Source of the DNA: an uncultured Planctomycetaceae bacterium
Lineage (GTDB): Bacteria; Planctomycetota; Planctomycetia; Planctomycetales; Planctomycetaceae
Reading direction: 5' to 3'
DNA: 64,000 nt
Assembly (NCBI GenBank): GCA_963813715.1
Contig: CAWFAK010000017.1
Location: forward strand, 1,056,001 to 1,120,000
In this document: positions 22,101-31,439 of the stretch, in pieces
How positions within the stretch are numbered: the stretch's first letter is position 1
Layout of the letters: each line of letters begins with the position of its first letter
Notes under the pieces: model-generated
What the model was told of the DNA's origin: nothing
Databases searched by the model: none
What the model saw: the letters and a program-made list of their open reading frames with translations, nothing else
Translations under genes and position numbers: made by a program

Positions 22101-23190
22101 CGGCGCCGGCACGGTCGCTCTCTTCGACGCCGACTCCGGCAACCTGATTCCGTTGAAGGCAAAGCCCGATCTGGGCGAGCTGGACAATTCGACCATCCGG
22201 CGCGTCCTGTTCTCCGGCGACGGCAAATCCCTCGTGATCCTGGCCGACGGCAACGCCGGCAGGCAGACCTTGCTGCGAGTCCCCGCGTCTCTCCCCTCCG
22301 ACCAGCTCGCAGCCCTGAAAAAACGGGCCACGTCGCAGCACAAAAACCTCAAGTCGAACGCTCCGCCGTTGGCCGAGCTCACCGCCTGGCGCGGAGGACT
22401 ATCCAAACCGGCAACGCCCGCCGAGATCGCCGCCGACTTCTCCGATTCGGTCGCAATCGTCCGCTCGGGAGATTCGACGGGAACCGGCTTCTTCGTCGGC
22501 ACATCGGGCCTCGTGCTCACGGCCGCCCATTGCGTCTCTCCCATGGACAGCGTCCAAGTCATCTACCATTCCCAGGGAAAGGCCGATGAGAAGAACACCG
22601 CGGACGCCAGCGTCGTCTATCGCGACCGCAAGGCGGACCTGGCTCTGCTCAAGATCAAGGTGTCGAAGAAACTCCATCCGGTCGTGCTCGCCGACCCGAT
22701 CGACGTCAAGAGCGGCGAAGAAGTGACGATCATCGCCAATCCCGGCCTGGGCACCGAGGTCCTCGACAACACCGTGACGACGGGCATCATCAGCAACGTC
22801 AAGCGAATGATCGCCGGCCTTCCCTACATCCAGTCATCCGCGGCCGTCAATCCGGGCTCGAGCGGGGGGCCGATGTTCGATCGCAGCGGCCACGTGATCG
22901 GCGTCGTCGTCCTCAAGGCGGGAATCGAAGGCGTCGGCTTCGCCGTCCCGCCGCAAGCGATCGCCCGATTCCTCCTCAAAGCGACCCGCCACGACACCAA
23001 GCAAGGCCTCCTCGAACGCGCCTGGGTCGACGCGCAACTCAAAAGCGAAATCCCCGGCGGCTTCCTGACGAATCGAAAAAGGCTCGGTCACTCTCCAGAA
23101 ACAAAAGCGGCGAGTCGAAGTCGCGCCCCCTCTCCGACTTCAGCCCCGGCGACCAGAAGCTGTTGGCTCTGCTGGCGACTGACGATTAAG
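19184..23190 (+). CDS. Large membrane-anchored trypsin-like serine protease (zinc ribbon, TM, propeller-like and Ig/cadherin-like regions, S1 domain, SHD1-like C-terminus); several frameshifts
   Basis: CSAGH...CPKC; TM RIWFLVAGFG...; YALENGPPGAKVSPEGELTW; triad LTAAHCV / DLALL / NPGSSGGP; ERAWVD...FSPGDQKLL ending at TAA 23190. Confidence 0.75.
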
Positions 23191-23267
23191 CCGCAGGCAA
23201 GCGATCTTCAGCGTCGTAGGGTGTGACAAGAACCGCCAAACGCGGGCGCAGGCAACACCAGCTTTCT

Positions 23268-23408
23268 CTCGTGCTCAAGCTCTGCTTGGGCACGCACGTT
23301 CCGGGAAGCTCCGCTTCCCCGGGACCGTACCGCGGGCCAGCATCTCGCTTGGCTCGAGCAAAGCGGTGCTTCGCGGACGTGCGTTCCCAAGGGAACCTTG
23401 CGAACGAG
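23268..23408. repeat. REP/MITE-like palindromic element
   Basis: CTCGTGCTCAAGCTCTGCTTGGGCACGCAC...GGGAAGCTCCGCTTCCC...AAGCGGTGCTTC...GTGCGTTCCCAAGGGAACCTTGCGAACGAG; imperfect inverted ends with nested hairpins. Confidence 0.7.
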
Positions 23409-23413
23409 CGGGA

Positions 23414-23546
23414 AACTTCAAGTCGCAGGCCGAAGGCAAAACGCCCGAGGACATCATCAACGACCTGATCAATGCCGTCCCCGAGCCGACGATCGAGAAG
23501 TACGAGAAACGCTGAGCGGGTTTGCCAAACCCGTGCTGGCCGCAGC
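23414..23546 (+). repeat. Diverged direct repeat of 18603-18736 (moxR 3' end plus downstream bases)
   Basis: Translates NFKSQAEGKTPEDIINDLINAVPEPTIEKYEKR-stop versus NFQSQAEGMTPEDIINRLIKEVPEPTIDKYDKR-stop in moxR. Confidence 0.95.
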
Positions 23547-23557
23547 TAAGAGTGCAC

Positions 23558-25544
23558 TTAGACATCCTCGACGTCTCGGCGCAAGACAACGCCGTCGCGC
23601 TGCGACTTACGCCGACCCGATTCGATGAGCGCCTTAATCGCGGAATGGGCCTCCTTTGCTGTACATCCGAGCGAATCCGCGACATCTAGATGAACTCCGA
23701 GTTTCCAGGGCTGCTCCGGAAGGACTTTGTCCACGCGGTCGATGAACGCGGCACTGAAAGGGGCAGCGTCGAGGCAACGTACCGTCATTGCATCCGTCTG
23801 AGTTGCGGCACGGATCGCTTGAGTAGGGAGCCCACCCTTATGAACGGCCTCAACATTCGCAATGCCAAAGTCCTTGGCTGCCCTTAGACAACACGCTTTT
23901 ATGAAACCTGGGCTTCTGCCGAATGACCGCTTGTGCGGTTCTCGCATCTCGCCATGAACAACTTGCAAGATCTCAGTCACCATGCCTGTATCGATTCGGG
24001 TAGCGTCGAGGCGCATGAGATCAGGCACACTAAACGAGTAGCGCCCCGAAAGACGAGCAACGGCGATCAAGGCGATCGGATAGCGCCAATATGGCCTAAC
24101 ACGCCTATTCTGTCGGTCAGCCTGAATTTCCTGAAGCAAGGAATCAATTCGTTTTAGCGTCTCAGTGACTGCGAGCCATGTTTCAATAGGCGTCTCGTCC
24201 GAAAAGACGAGTCTGTAGCTGGCGTCCTGCCGCATAAACTTCATCCGCAACCTTGTCGCAGCCGCGGGTCTCTTCAATACAAGCGACACATACCCGGCGG
24301 CAAGATAGGCGGGCGTCACAAATCGCTCGGCTGGCTTCCCAAAATTCTTAAAGTAGTTTTTCCGCCTCTCGTATACCATCCGTGGCGGTCAAGGAACTCC
24401 TCGATGTCTCGTTGAACTTTATCAGTCGCACGCAACCGAGAAACTTCGACAATGTTCTGATTATTGGTCGCTTGGATGATGCGGTCTCGATGGATGTTGT
24501 CGGTTGAGACGATGATCTTTACCAGTAGAGAGCGATCAACTGGGTAACGCCTCCCGATTTGAAGAATTGAAAGATGGTCTCTGTCGTTTGAAGGCCGTTG
24601 ACAATCTGAATGTTCTCAAGATGGATAGTCCTGCCGACGACTGTAGCGGCCGTCACGAGAATGGTTACGCCGTTGTTTAGCCACCAGAAATCGAGCGAGC
24701 CGGCTTCACGAAAGCGAGATGAGAATGTCATCGTTGATTTGCGTGCTTCCGAGGTAATCTCGCACATTTGAGTCAAAGAGGTATCGCCGAAGATTGCCAA
24801 CGTCGTCCGTCACAAAACGAGCAATTTCCTCGACGCGGGCAAGCACCACGTACGCCGATTCCCCGTGAGAAAGACATTCACAAACGGGCAGCTCAAGCGA
24901 GAATTTCTTTGCACGCCGATACATTGCGATAAGTTCAGCGGCACCGATGAAGTCGAATTGGCACTCGCACGAACTGAAAAGCGAACGGATCGTCTCAACG
25001 ATCTGATTTGCGCGAGCCTGGACGTTCGGCTCCACTGCAGCGATGTCGCCTCGGGAAACATATGCCAGGCGAACCCGAACCGACGGACGGGTAACTGCCA
25101 AGCGTCGATAGGCGGCATGGAACGACGCTCGGGCCTCGAGAACTGGCCGAGAGCGCTTCCCTTAAGTTCCTTACGGTCGATCGACAGGTCGAAGAGTTCC
25201 GCCACACTTGCCACAAGCGAGTTCAGTGGCGATTGCTGGAATGTGTCGTGATGTTTGCAAGTCAAAATCCAGACCGTAATCTCGCAGTTTGTCTTCGGCC
25301 AGGAAAAGTCCTCGGGATCGCGAAATAGGTGGCCGTTAATGAGCGTGAAAAAACCGTCGATTCCGCCGTCGTCTCGACCGTCGACCCAGCCGGACTCGAT
25401 CTCCTCCGGAGAGAGATCGTAGTTTTTGAGGACCTGTTCGAAACAGAAATACTCAAAGACCTCGGAGCGAACCGATGACGGAAAGGCCTCGTCAACGCGT
25501 TGGTCGATGATGCCGTCAACCAGAATTGCGTCGTTTTTCGCCAT
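23558..25544 (-). CDS. AIPR-family (abortive infection phage resistance) protein; multiple frameshifts, possibly a pseudogene
   Basis: VDGRDDGGIDG, LFDSNVRDYLG, FWWLNNGVTI, IQIVNGLQTT, ATNNQN, YERRKNY spread over several frames; visibly lower GC than the flanks. Confidence 0.8.
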
Positions 25545-26037
25545 GTCACTCCCTAGGGCGACTGAGGAAGGTGCGCCGGCTTCCGATCGCTTGCCGGCCT
25601 TCTGCAATTCCAGCGACTCGCTGAGCGGCACGGAGGACCAACAGATCGACGACCGCCCAAAGCACGGCGCGACCGTTTTGGCAAAATGGCGCCACTTGGA
25701 CTCGACAACTTACTCCTTACGAGTTCGTTGCTCCAAGCCTGTGCTTCATCCAAAGTCGAGACCCGGATTTTACTTATGGCACGAAACGCCTTCAACTCGA
25801 ACGGATCGAACTGGAAATCTGACCTGCGAAGGGCAAGGGGATCGTCAGGCAAGATCGAGCCCCGGGCTGTGCTGACTTCCGAAAAAACTGATCTTGGCCG
25901 ATTTGGACTTTTGTGGCTGAATGTAGGGAGGGGCTTTGGCGCGAGCGGGTTGGTGGCGCGGTTGGCCGAAACCGGGCGCGGTGCAGTAACGAAACGTCAC
26001 CGAAAGGGCGTGTGGTGTGGTCACCTTCTTCCCCAGG

Positions 26038-26745
26038 TAGTTGACCACGAGAATAGTTGACCACAGGGTCACCGGCGAGACCGCATCCGTTCCGGACAGG
26101 TTTGTCGACGGGACGGGAATTGGGACGGGACTCGACGTTCTATCGAGCGAATCCCGAGGAATGCGGATGACTCCGATAGTCGGCCGCCCGTCTGGCCTCC
26201 GTTAACCGCGGCGGGGGGATGGGGACGAGACACGGACGCGACCCGGGAAATTTGGCCGGAACCACGGGACGGGACACGTTGTTTTACCGGGCGAATCCCG
26301 ACAGATTCTTCCGGAACTGCGCTGGTCGACGCCGGTCCGGAGTCCGTTCGGCTGGGACGGAACTCGCGGGACGGGACTCGGTCCTCTGAGCGAGCCGGTG
26401 CAGATCACGAATATCCGGCCGGTCAGATCTGTCACGCGGCGCCGACGATTAGGCCGCCGGCCGGACCCCGAAAATGCTCTCTCTGCTGGTGGTGGGGATC
26501 CGTTTTCATATAGGGGAGGGAAAGATCCCCAGCAGCCTTCGTTGCCGGCGTCCGCCATGGGCCGGGCGGCACGGTGGGACAAGTGGACCCGCCGGGACAC
26601 TCGAAAAGTGGACCCGCCGTGACGGGACTCTCTGATTTGATATAAGGGGCCCCGCCAAAAGTGGTCCCACCGCGGGCCCTGAGTGGCAGGCCACGGCTCG
26701 CAGGCGGATCAGAGCGGCGCGGCGGGAAGATCGCCGGGGACGAAA
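26038..26745. repeat. Non-coding repeat field, probable mobile-element relic
   Basis: TAGTTGACCAC twice; 13 plus-strand GGGAC; AAGTGGACCCGCCG twice plus a variant; ATATAGGGG and ATATAAGGGG; no credible ORF. Confidence 0.6.
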
Positions 26746-26788
26746 AAAGGATCCCCGCCGGGCCGCCGGGGTGGGGATTCTCTTTTTC
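26743..26788. terminator. Possible bidirectional terminator upstream of the DinB-family gene
   Basis: AAAAAAGG-ATCCCCGCC...GGTGGGGAT-TCTCTTTTT. Confidence 0.5.
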
Positions 26789-26857
26789 ACTCAGGGGAGG
26801 GAACATCTCCGGCGCGCTGATCTACAATGCCGCGGTCCGAGCCCCGGAGGGATCCTC

Positions 26858-27358
26858 ATGCAAGACGATGTCGTGGCGTTGTTCGCGTACGATCGCTGGG
26901 CCAATGCCAAGGTCCTCGACGCTTGCCGCAAGCTGACCGCCGAACAGTACGTCGCGGAGCCGGTCCCGGGGTGGTCGTCGGTGCGCTCGACCATCTACCA
27001 CATCGCCTGGGTGACCGATTTCCACCTGCGCACGCTGGCCGGCGATCCGGATGACAGCATCCCGACCGAAGCCGACCTGGCCACGGTGGACGACGCGGCC
27101 CGGTTGCTGGAGCGTGCCTACCGCCGCTTCGAGGAGCTGCGTCCCACGCTCACGCCGGAGCGGCTCAACACCATGCTGACGCTGCGCGGGCGCGGCTCCA
27201 CGTTGACTCTGCCGCGGTGGGCGATGCTGCGCCACATTGTCAATCACTCCACCTACCACCGCGGTCAGGTCGCCTCCAAGCTGAAACGGTTCGGGATCGA
27301 ACAACCGATCTCCGACTTCTTCTTTTGGGTGATCGAGCAGATTCCCCAGGAGGCATAA
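26858..27358 (+). CDS. DinB/YfiT-family metal-binding protein
   Basis: YDRWAN, SVRSTIYHI, HIVNHSTYHRGQ; GGAGG RBS. Confidence 0.9.
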   Translation: MQDDVVALFAYDRWANAKVLDACRKLTAEQYVAEPVPGWSSVRSTIYHIAWVTDFHLRTLAGDPDDSIPTEADLATVDDAARLLERAYRRFEELRPTLTPERLNTMLTLRGRGSTLTLPRWAMLRHIVNHSTYHRGQVASKLKRFGIEQPISDFFFWVIEQIPQEA

Positions 27359-27417
27359 GCCGCAACCGTGTACACTCAAGATCGCATCCGTCGAATTCAG
27401 TCGAAGATGAGGCCGGC

Positions 27418-27642
27418 ATGACACCTCAAGCCCGAGCATTCTGGAACAAGTGGAGCTTGACGCTTGCGGGTTGCGCCGTGCTGCTCCCACTCACCATCTA
27501 CCAGTTGTTTCATAACTGGGGCGAATGGTTGTTCCTGACCGCCTTGGGGCTCGGCTGGTTTGCCGTGGGGTACCGTTTCGTCCGAGACGTCAAGGACCTG
27601 AGACGAATTCACGATCGGAAGCCCGACCCCGGTTCCGCTTGA
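27418..27642 (+). CDS. Small two-TM membrane protein (74 aa)
   Basis: GAGG RBS; two hydrophobic segments followed by a basic tail. Confidence 0.55.
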   Translation: MTPQARAFWNKWSLTLAGCAVLLPLTIYQLFHNWGEWLFLTALGLGWFAVGYRFVRDVKDLRRIHDRKPDPGSA

Positions 27643-27661
27643 CCGTCATCGCGAGATGCGC

Positions 27662-27700
27662 AAAAACAAAGCGGCACGGTCGGCTGACCGTGCCGCTTTG
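27662..27700 (-). terminator. Intrinsic terminator of the urtA-like gene
   Basis: Perfect 15-bp stem CAAAGCGGCACGGTC / GACCGTGCCGCTTTG, followed by a T-run on the minus strand. Confidence 0.85.
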
Positions 27701-27731
27701 CGCTCCTTGACGAGAGCAAGCGAGGCCCGCG

Positions 27732-29207
27732 TTATTTGAGGCCTTTGGCCGTGCAGAAGGCTTTGAAGTCCTGCACGAACTTCTGGTTTTCGGGCGAGTC
27801 GATGCTCTGGAAGTAGTTCCAGGCGGCCAGGTGGCCGACCAGCGGCGGAACGTCCATCGCCCGCAGCTCGTCCTCGGCAACCGAGAACGCCATGATCGGG
27901 CAGTCGACGGCCGAGAGGCCCTGGTTGGCGAATTCCTTGTAGAACGGCACGTTGCTGTCGCCGTTGATCGTCGAGAGGACGCACGCACCGCCGCCCGAGG
28001 CGAAGGCCTTAATCTTCTGGACGATCGTCTGATAGTCCTGGTGGTGGAACGGCGTGTACTCTTCCACGATGTTCTTGTCCGGAATGCCGCGGAACTTGAG
28101 GTACGCCTTCAGCACTTTGTTGGCCGTGCGGGGGAAGACGTAGTCGGTCCCCAGGAGGTAGAACTTGCGGAAGCCTTCGTCGAGCATGTAGGCGGCGGCC
28201 GGGTTGAGCTGCTGGTTTGGCGGGGCGGCCGTGTAAAAGACGTTCTTCGACTGCTCTTCGCCTTCGTACTGCACGGGGTAGAAGAGGAGCGCGTTGAGTT
28301 CCTCGAACACCGGCAGCACCGACTTGCGGCTCACCGAGGTCCAGCAGCCTTCGACCATCGCCACCTTGTCCTGGCTGATGAGCTTGCGGGCCTTTTCGGC
28401 AAACAGGGGCCAGTCGCTCGCCGGATCTTCGATCACCGGCTTGATCTTGTAGCTCTTGCCGCCGACCTTGATGCCGCCGGCGTTGTTGATTTCCTCGATG
28501 GCGAACAGGTCCGCGTCCTTGAGCGACGTTTCGGAGATGGCCATCGTGCCGCTGAGCGAGTGGAGGATGCCGACGCGGACGGTGTCGTCCGACAGATCGG
28601 GGCTGGGATAGGTCTTGCCCGGCTGCGGGCCGCCCGTGGGCGCGGGGTAAATGCCGTCGGTGCCGGTCAGCTTCGGATCGTGGAGGTACTTTGAATAACT
28701 ATCCGGCTTGACCAGGCCCTTCATCGCCTTGACGATTTTGAACTGGCCGTTGCGCTTGATCTCGCCGATGTAGACCGGCTTGTAGACGTGCTGGTTGACC
28801 GGGTCCATCTTCTTCTTGCCGCCCGGCGCGTTGAACTCGAGGCCATAAACGGCCTGGCGGACTTTGTCGACGTCGAAGGAATCGGCCTTTTCGCAGGCGG
28901 CCGCCCAGACCTTGATCCCGTAGTAAGCGGCTTCGATCGGGTCGTCGGCAACGCGACCGGAGATATCGGGCAGGTCTGCGCTCTTGGCGGTTTCGACGAA
29001 CTCGATATCCGGATCTTCTTTGATTTCGATGGCGCCCTTCTTGGGACCCAGCGACAGGGCCGGCGCCAGCGTGCGCTGCACGTCGGCCGCCGAAGCCAGA
29101 ACGGTGACCTTGCCCGCGGCGGAGGGCTGTTGTGCGTCGCTACGCACGCCGAAGCCCGCCAGCAGCACGCCGGTCCCCACACTCGCCCAAAAACAGAACT
29201 TCTTCAT
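27732..29207 (-). CDS. urtA: Urea/amide ABC substrate-binding protein (UrtA/FmdD family), circularly permuted
   Basis: Signal peptide; [73 protein letters not shown]; the usual C-terminal block DDPIEAAY...GQFKIV lies N-terminal to these. Confidence 0.9.
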   Translation of the reverse strand: MKKFCFWASVGTGVLLAGFGVRSDAQQPSAAGKVTVLASAADVQRTLAPALSLGPKKGAIEIKEDPDIEFVETAKSADLPDISGRVADDPIEAAYYGIKVWAAACEKADSFDVDKVRQAVYGLEFNAPGGKKKMDPVNQHVYKPVYIGEIKRNGQFKIVKAMKGLVKPDSYSKYLHDPKLTGTDGIYPAPTGGPQPGKTYPSPDLSDDTVRVGILHSLSGTMAISETSLKDADLFAIEEINNAGGIKVGGKSYKIKPVIEDPASDWPLFAEKARKLISQDKVAMVEGCWTSVSRKSVLPVFEELNALLFYPVQYEGEEQSKNVFYTAAPPNQQLNPAAAYMLDEGFRKFYLLGTDYVFPRTANKVLKAYLKFRGIPDKNIVEEYTPFHHQDYQTIVQKIKAFASGGGACVLSTINGDSNVPFYKEFANQGLSAVDCPIMAFSVAEDELRAMDVPPLVGHLAAWNYFQSIDSPENQKFVQDFKAFCTAKGLK

Positions 29208-29585
29208 TACGCCTGTTTCCTTCTTAGAAAGAGAGCCCGAAGCAGAATCCGACCGTCCCTTCGCCAACACGGTTGCGCGTCCTTGCATCGGCCACGCGGA
29301 CTGCGAATCATCTCGCCCATCCGAGCGGCGAGTCGAACCCGTGAAGCTGCAGCGCGTGCGACATTGGCTCGAACGTCCTGGTCCGGCGACTCGCCCGGAG
29401 CGCTCCTCGACGGCGGGACGGACTTCGAGACAGATGTTGAAACACGATACGGAGCGGGCGGCAGCGATTTTGGAGAAGCGGGCGAACGGCCCTTGTCAGC
29501 CCAGCAGCGCGCTTCAAAACCGGTCGCTTAAACGCGCCGGTTCGCTGGCCGCTCACCTCAATGGATTCAAATCGTCCAGGCAAAA

Positions 29586-29601
29586 AGCAATTTCAATGCC
29601 G
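29586..29601 (-). promoter_or_regulatory. sigma54 (-24/-12) promoter directed at urtA
   Basis: Minus strand reads CGGCATTGAAATTGCT: GG-N10-GC with TTGC at -12. Confidence 0.75.
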
Positions 29602-29725
29602 CGAAATCTAGCGCAATCACCGACGCGCGCAGCGGATAGGCGTTTTGCGGCCGAATTCGAGCAGTTTGGTCTCGCGGGAAGCACTGATCATGAACTCACC
29701 CTTGAGCTCACTCCTTCCACCGTGG

Positions 29726-29763
29726 TGCACCGAATGGGCGCACTGCTGCATTTTGTTCGGGCA
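29726..29763. promoter_or_regulatory. Two tandem NtrC-like enhancer boxes
   Basis: TGCACCGAATGGGCGCA (29726-29742) and TGCATTTTGTTCGGGCA (29747-29763) resemble TGCACC-N5-GGTGCA; 21 bp apart, about 125-160 bp upstream of the sigma54 box. Confidence 0.7.
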
Positions 29764-29957
29764 TCGCGAGTCGGCCATTTGGTCAAAGATTACCGGTTCT
29801 CCGACTTGTGTCGGATTGACAGCACGCAGATAACTTAACACTGATTAGCCTATGCCCCGAGTTTGTGCGGGGACGCGCAACTTTGGATACTGTTTGAGAC
29901 GAAAGGCCGTCGTAACACGTCCGCTCTGCAAGTGCCCTACGGAATGGTTCCACTCGC

Positions 29958-30854
29958 ATGCACTCCGCCGAGGAATATCTCAAACCCGAAGTGATCCGCA
30001 CGGTGGCCCGGCTCGATTTGCGAGCGCGGTTCATCGTCGAGGGATTCTTGAGCGGCCTGCACGCCAGTCCGTATCACGGCTTCAGCGTCGAATTCAGCGA
30101 GCACCGGCGGTACACACAGGGGGACGACCCCAAAGACATCGACTGGCTCGTCTACGCGAAGACCGACCGCTATTACGTGAAGAAGTACCAGGCCGAAACC
30201 AACATCACCGGCTATCTGACGGTCGATCTCTCCGAGAGCATGGGCTACACGTATCGGCAGAAACTGACCAAACTCGACTATGCGATTTGCCTGTCGGCGG
30301 CCCTGGGTTACCTGATGGTCCATCAGCAGGACCCAGTCGGCTTGCTGACGTTCGACGATCGCATTCGTCAGAGCCTGCCCGCCCGCAGCCGCCGCACGCA
30401 ATTGGCCAACATCCTGGCGGTGCTCGCGCGGGCCAAGCCGGGCGGACCGACCGAAATCGCGCACAATCTCCGGCGGATCGCGGCCATGATCCGCCACCGC
30501 AGTCTGGTGATGCTCTTTTCCGACCTGCTCACCGACGCCGGGCCGGTCATCGAAAGCCTGCGGCTGTTGCGGCACGCCGGGCACGACGTGATCGTGTTCC
30601 ACATCCTCGACGAAGCCGAAGTCACCTTCCCCTTCAGCGGGATGGTCGACCTGAAGGACCCGGAAACGGGCGAATCGCTGGTCGTCGACGCGGACGGCAT
30701 TCGGGCCGACTACCAGGAAACGCTGACCGAGCTGCGGCAAAGATATCGCACTGAGTGCCAAAAGAGCCGCATCGACTATGTGGCGCTCGACACAAGCATG
30801 CCCTTCGACCGGGCCCTGGTCGAGTATTTGTTGCAGCGCAAAGCGAGGTTCTAG
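29958..30854 (+). CDS. DUF58 protein (MoxR-associated, vWA-like)
   Basis: GLHASPYHGFSVEFSEHRRY, GDDPKDIDWLVYAKTDRYYVKKY, VDLSESM, LFSDLL. Confidence 0.95.
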   Translation: MHSAEEYLKPEVIRTVARLDLRARFIVEGFLSGLHASPYHGFSVEFSEHRRYTQGDDPKDIDWLVYAKTDRYYVKKYQAETNITGYLTVDLSESMGYTYRQKLTKLDYAICLSAALGYLMVHQQDPVGLLTFDDRIRQSLPARSRRTQLANILAVLARAKPGGPTEIAHNLRRIAAMIRHRSLVMLFSDLLTDAGPVIESLRLLRHAGHDVIVFHILDEAEVTFPFSGMVDLKDPETGESLVVDADGIRADYQETLTELRQRYRTECQKSRIDYVALDTSMPFDRALVEYLLQRKARF

Positions 30855-31439
30855 CCCAGCTGGCAAATTGCCCGGGCCATTCTAACGATCGCGGAAGGGC
30901 GGCCGAATGTGTTGACGCCGAAGGCGGCAGCCTTTGTCTTCGAGTGCGTGCCGCGGGCGCAAGCTCCAGCCCGCTCACTTTGCTTGACCGGCGCGTTTGT
31001 TACGGGAAGCAAATAAGCCCAAGTGCAGGCCGTTGCGTCTCTTGCAATGGGGTAATATCGCTTTTAAAGTGGATCCGAGAGCAGCCGGAAGGGATTGCGC
31101 CCAGTGACCGCTCTCACACGTTTTTTGATCACGTCGCCTCGGGAAAAATTTCCAAACGGCCCGCCGCAGCAAGGCGTAGTGTCGTGGGACGGGCACAGTT
31201 CCGTTTCGCGCGGCCTTGTGAGGAGTCGTTAAGTCGCGGCCGAGCCCGTCGGGGGGGTTCCTTTCCGAGAGGCGTTGATATCAAGCGGGGACGTCGGCGC
31301 GTTTCGGGCGAAGATCCGGGCCGATCTCTCGACAACATCTCTCTCCGCAGGCGGTGCAGTCCACTAGCAGAAGGGCTGCCACGCCTTCGTTTTATCGGCA
31401 ATTCCGTATCCATTATCCGAACGCGTTGGGGAAGTCTCG

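Noticed and set aside
26100..26640. CRISPR array
   Set aside because: The repeats are 5-14 bp and irregularly spaced, and there are no cas genes.
25545..26857. tRNA attachment site or intact integrase/primase gene
   Set aside because: I found no tRNA cloverleaf or T-loop motif and no ORF with recombinase or primase motifs.
30855..31439. ncRNA or small gene in long intergenic regions (also 55540-56065)
   Set aside because: No recognisable RNA motif, repeat or coding signal; probably promoter regions.
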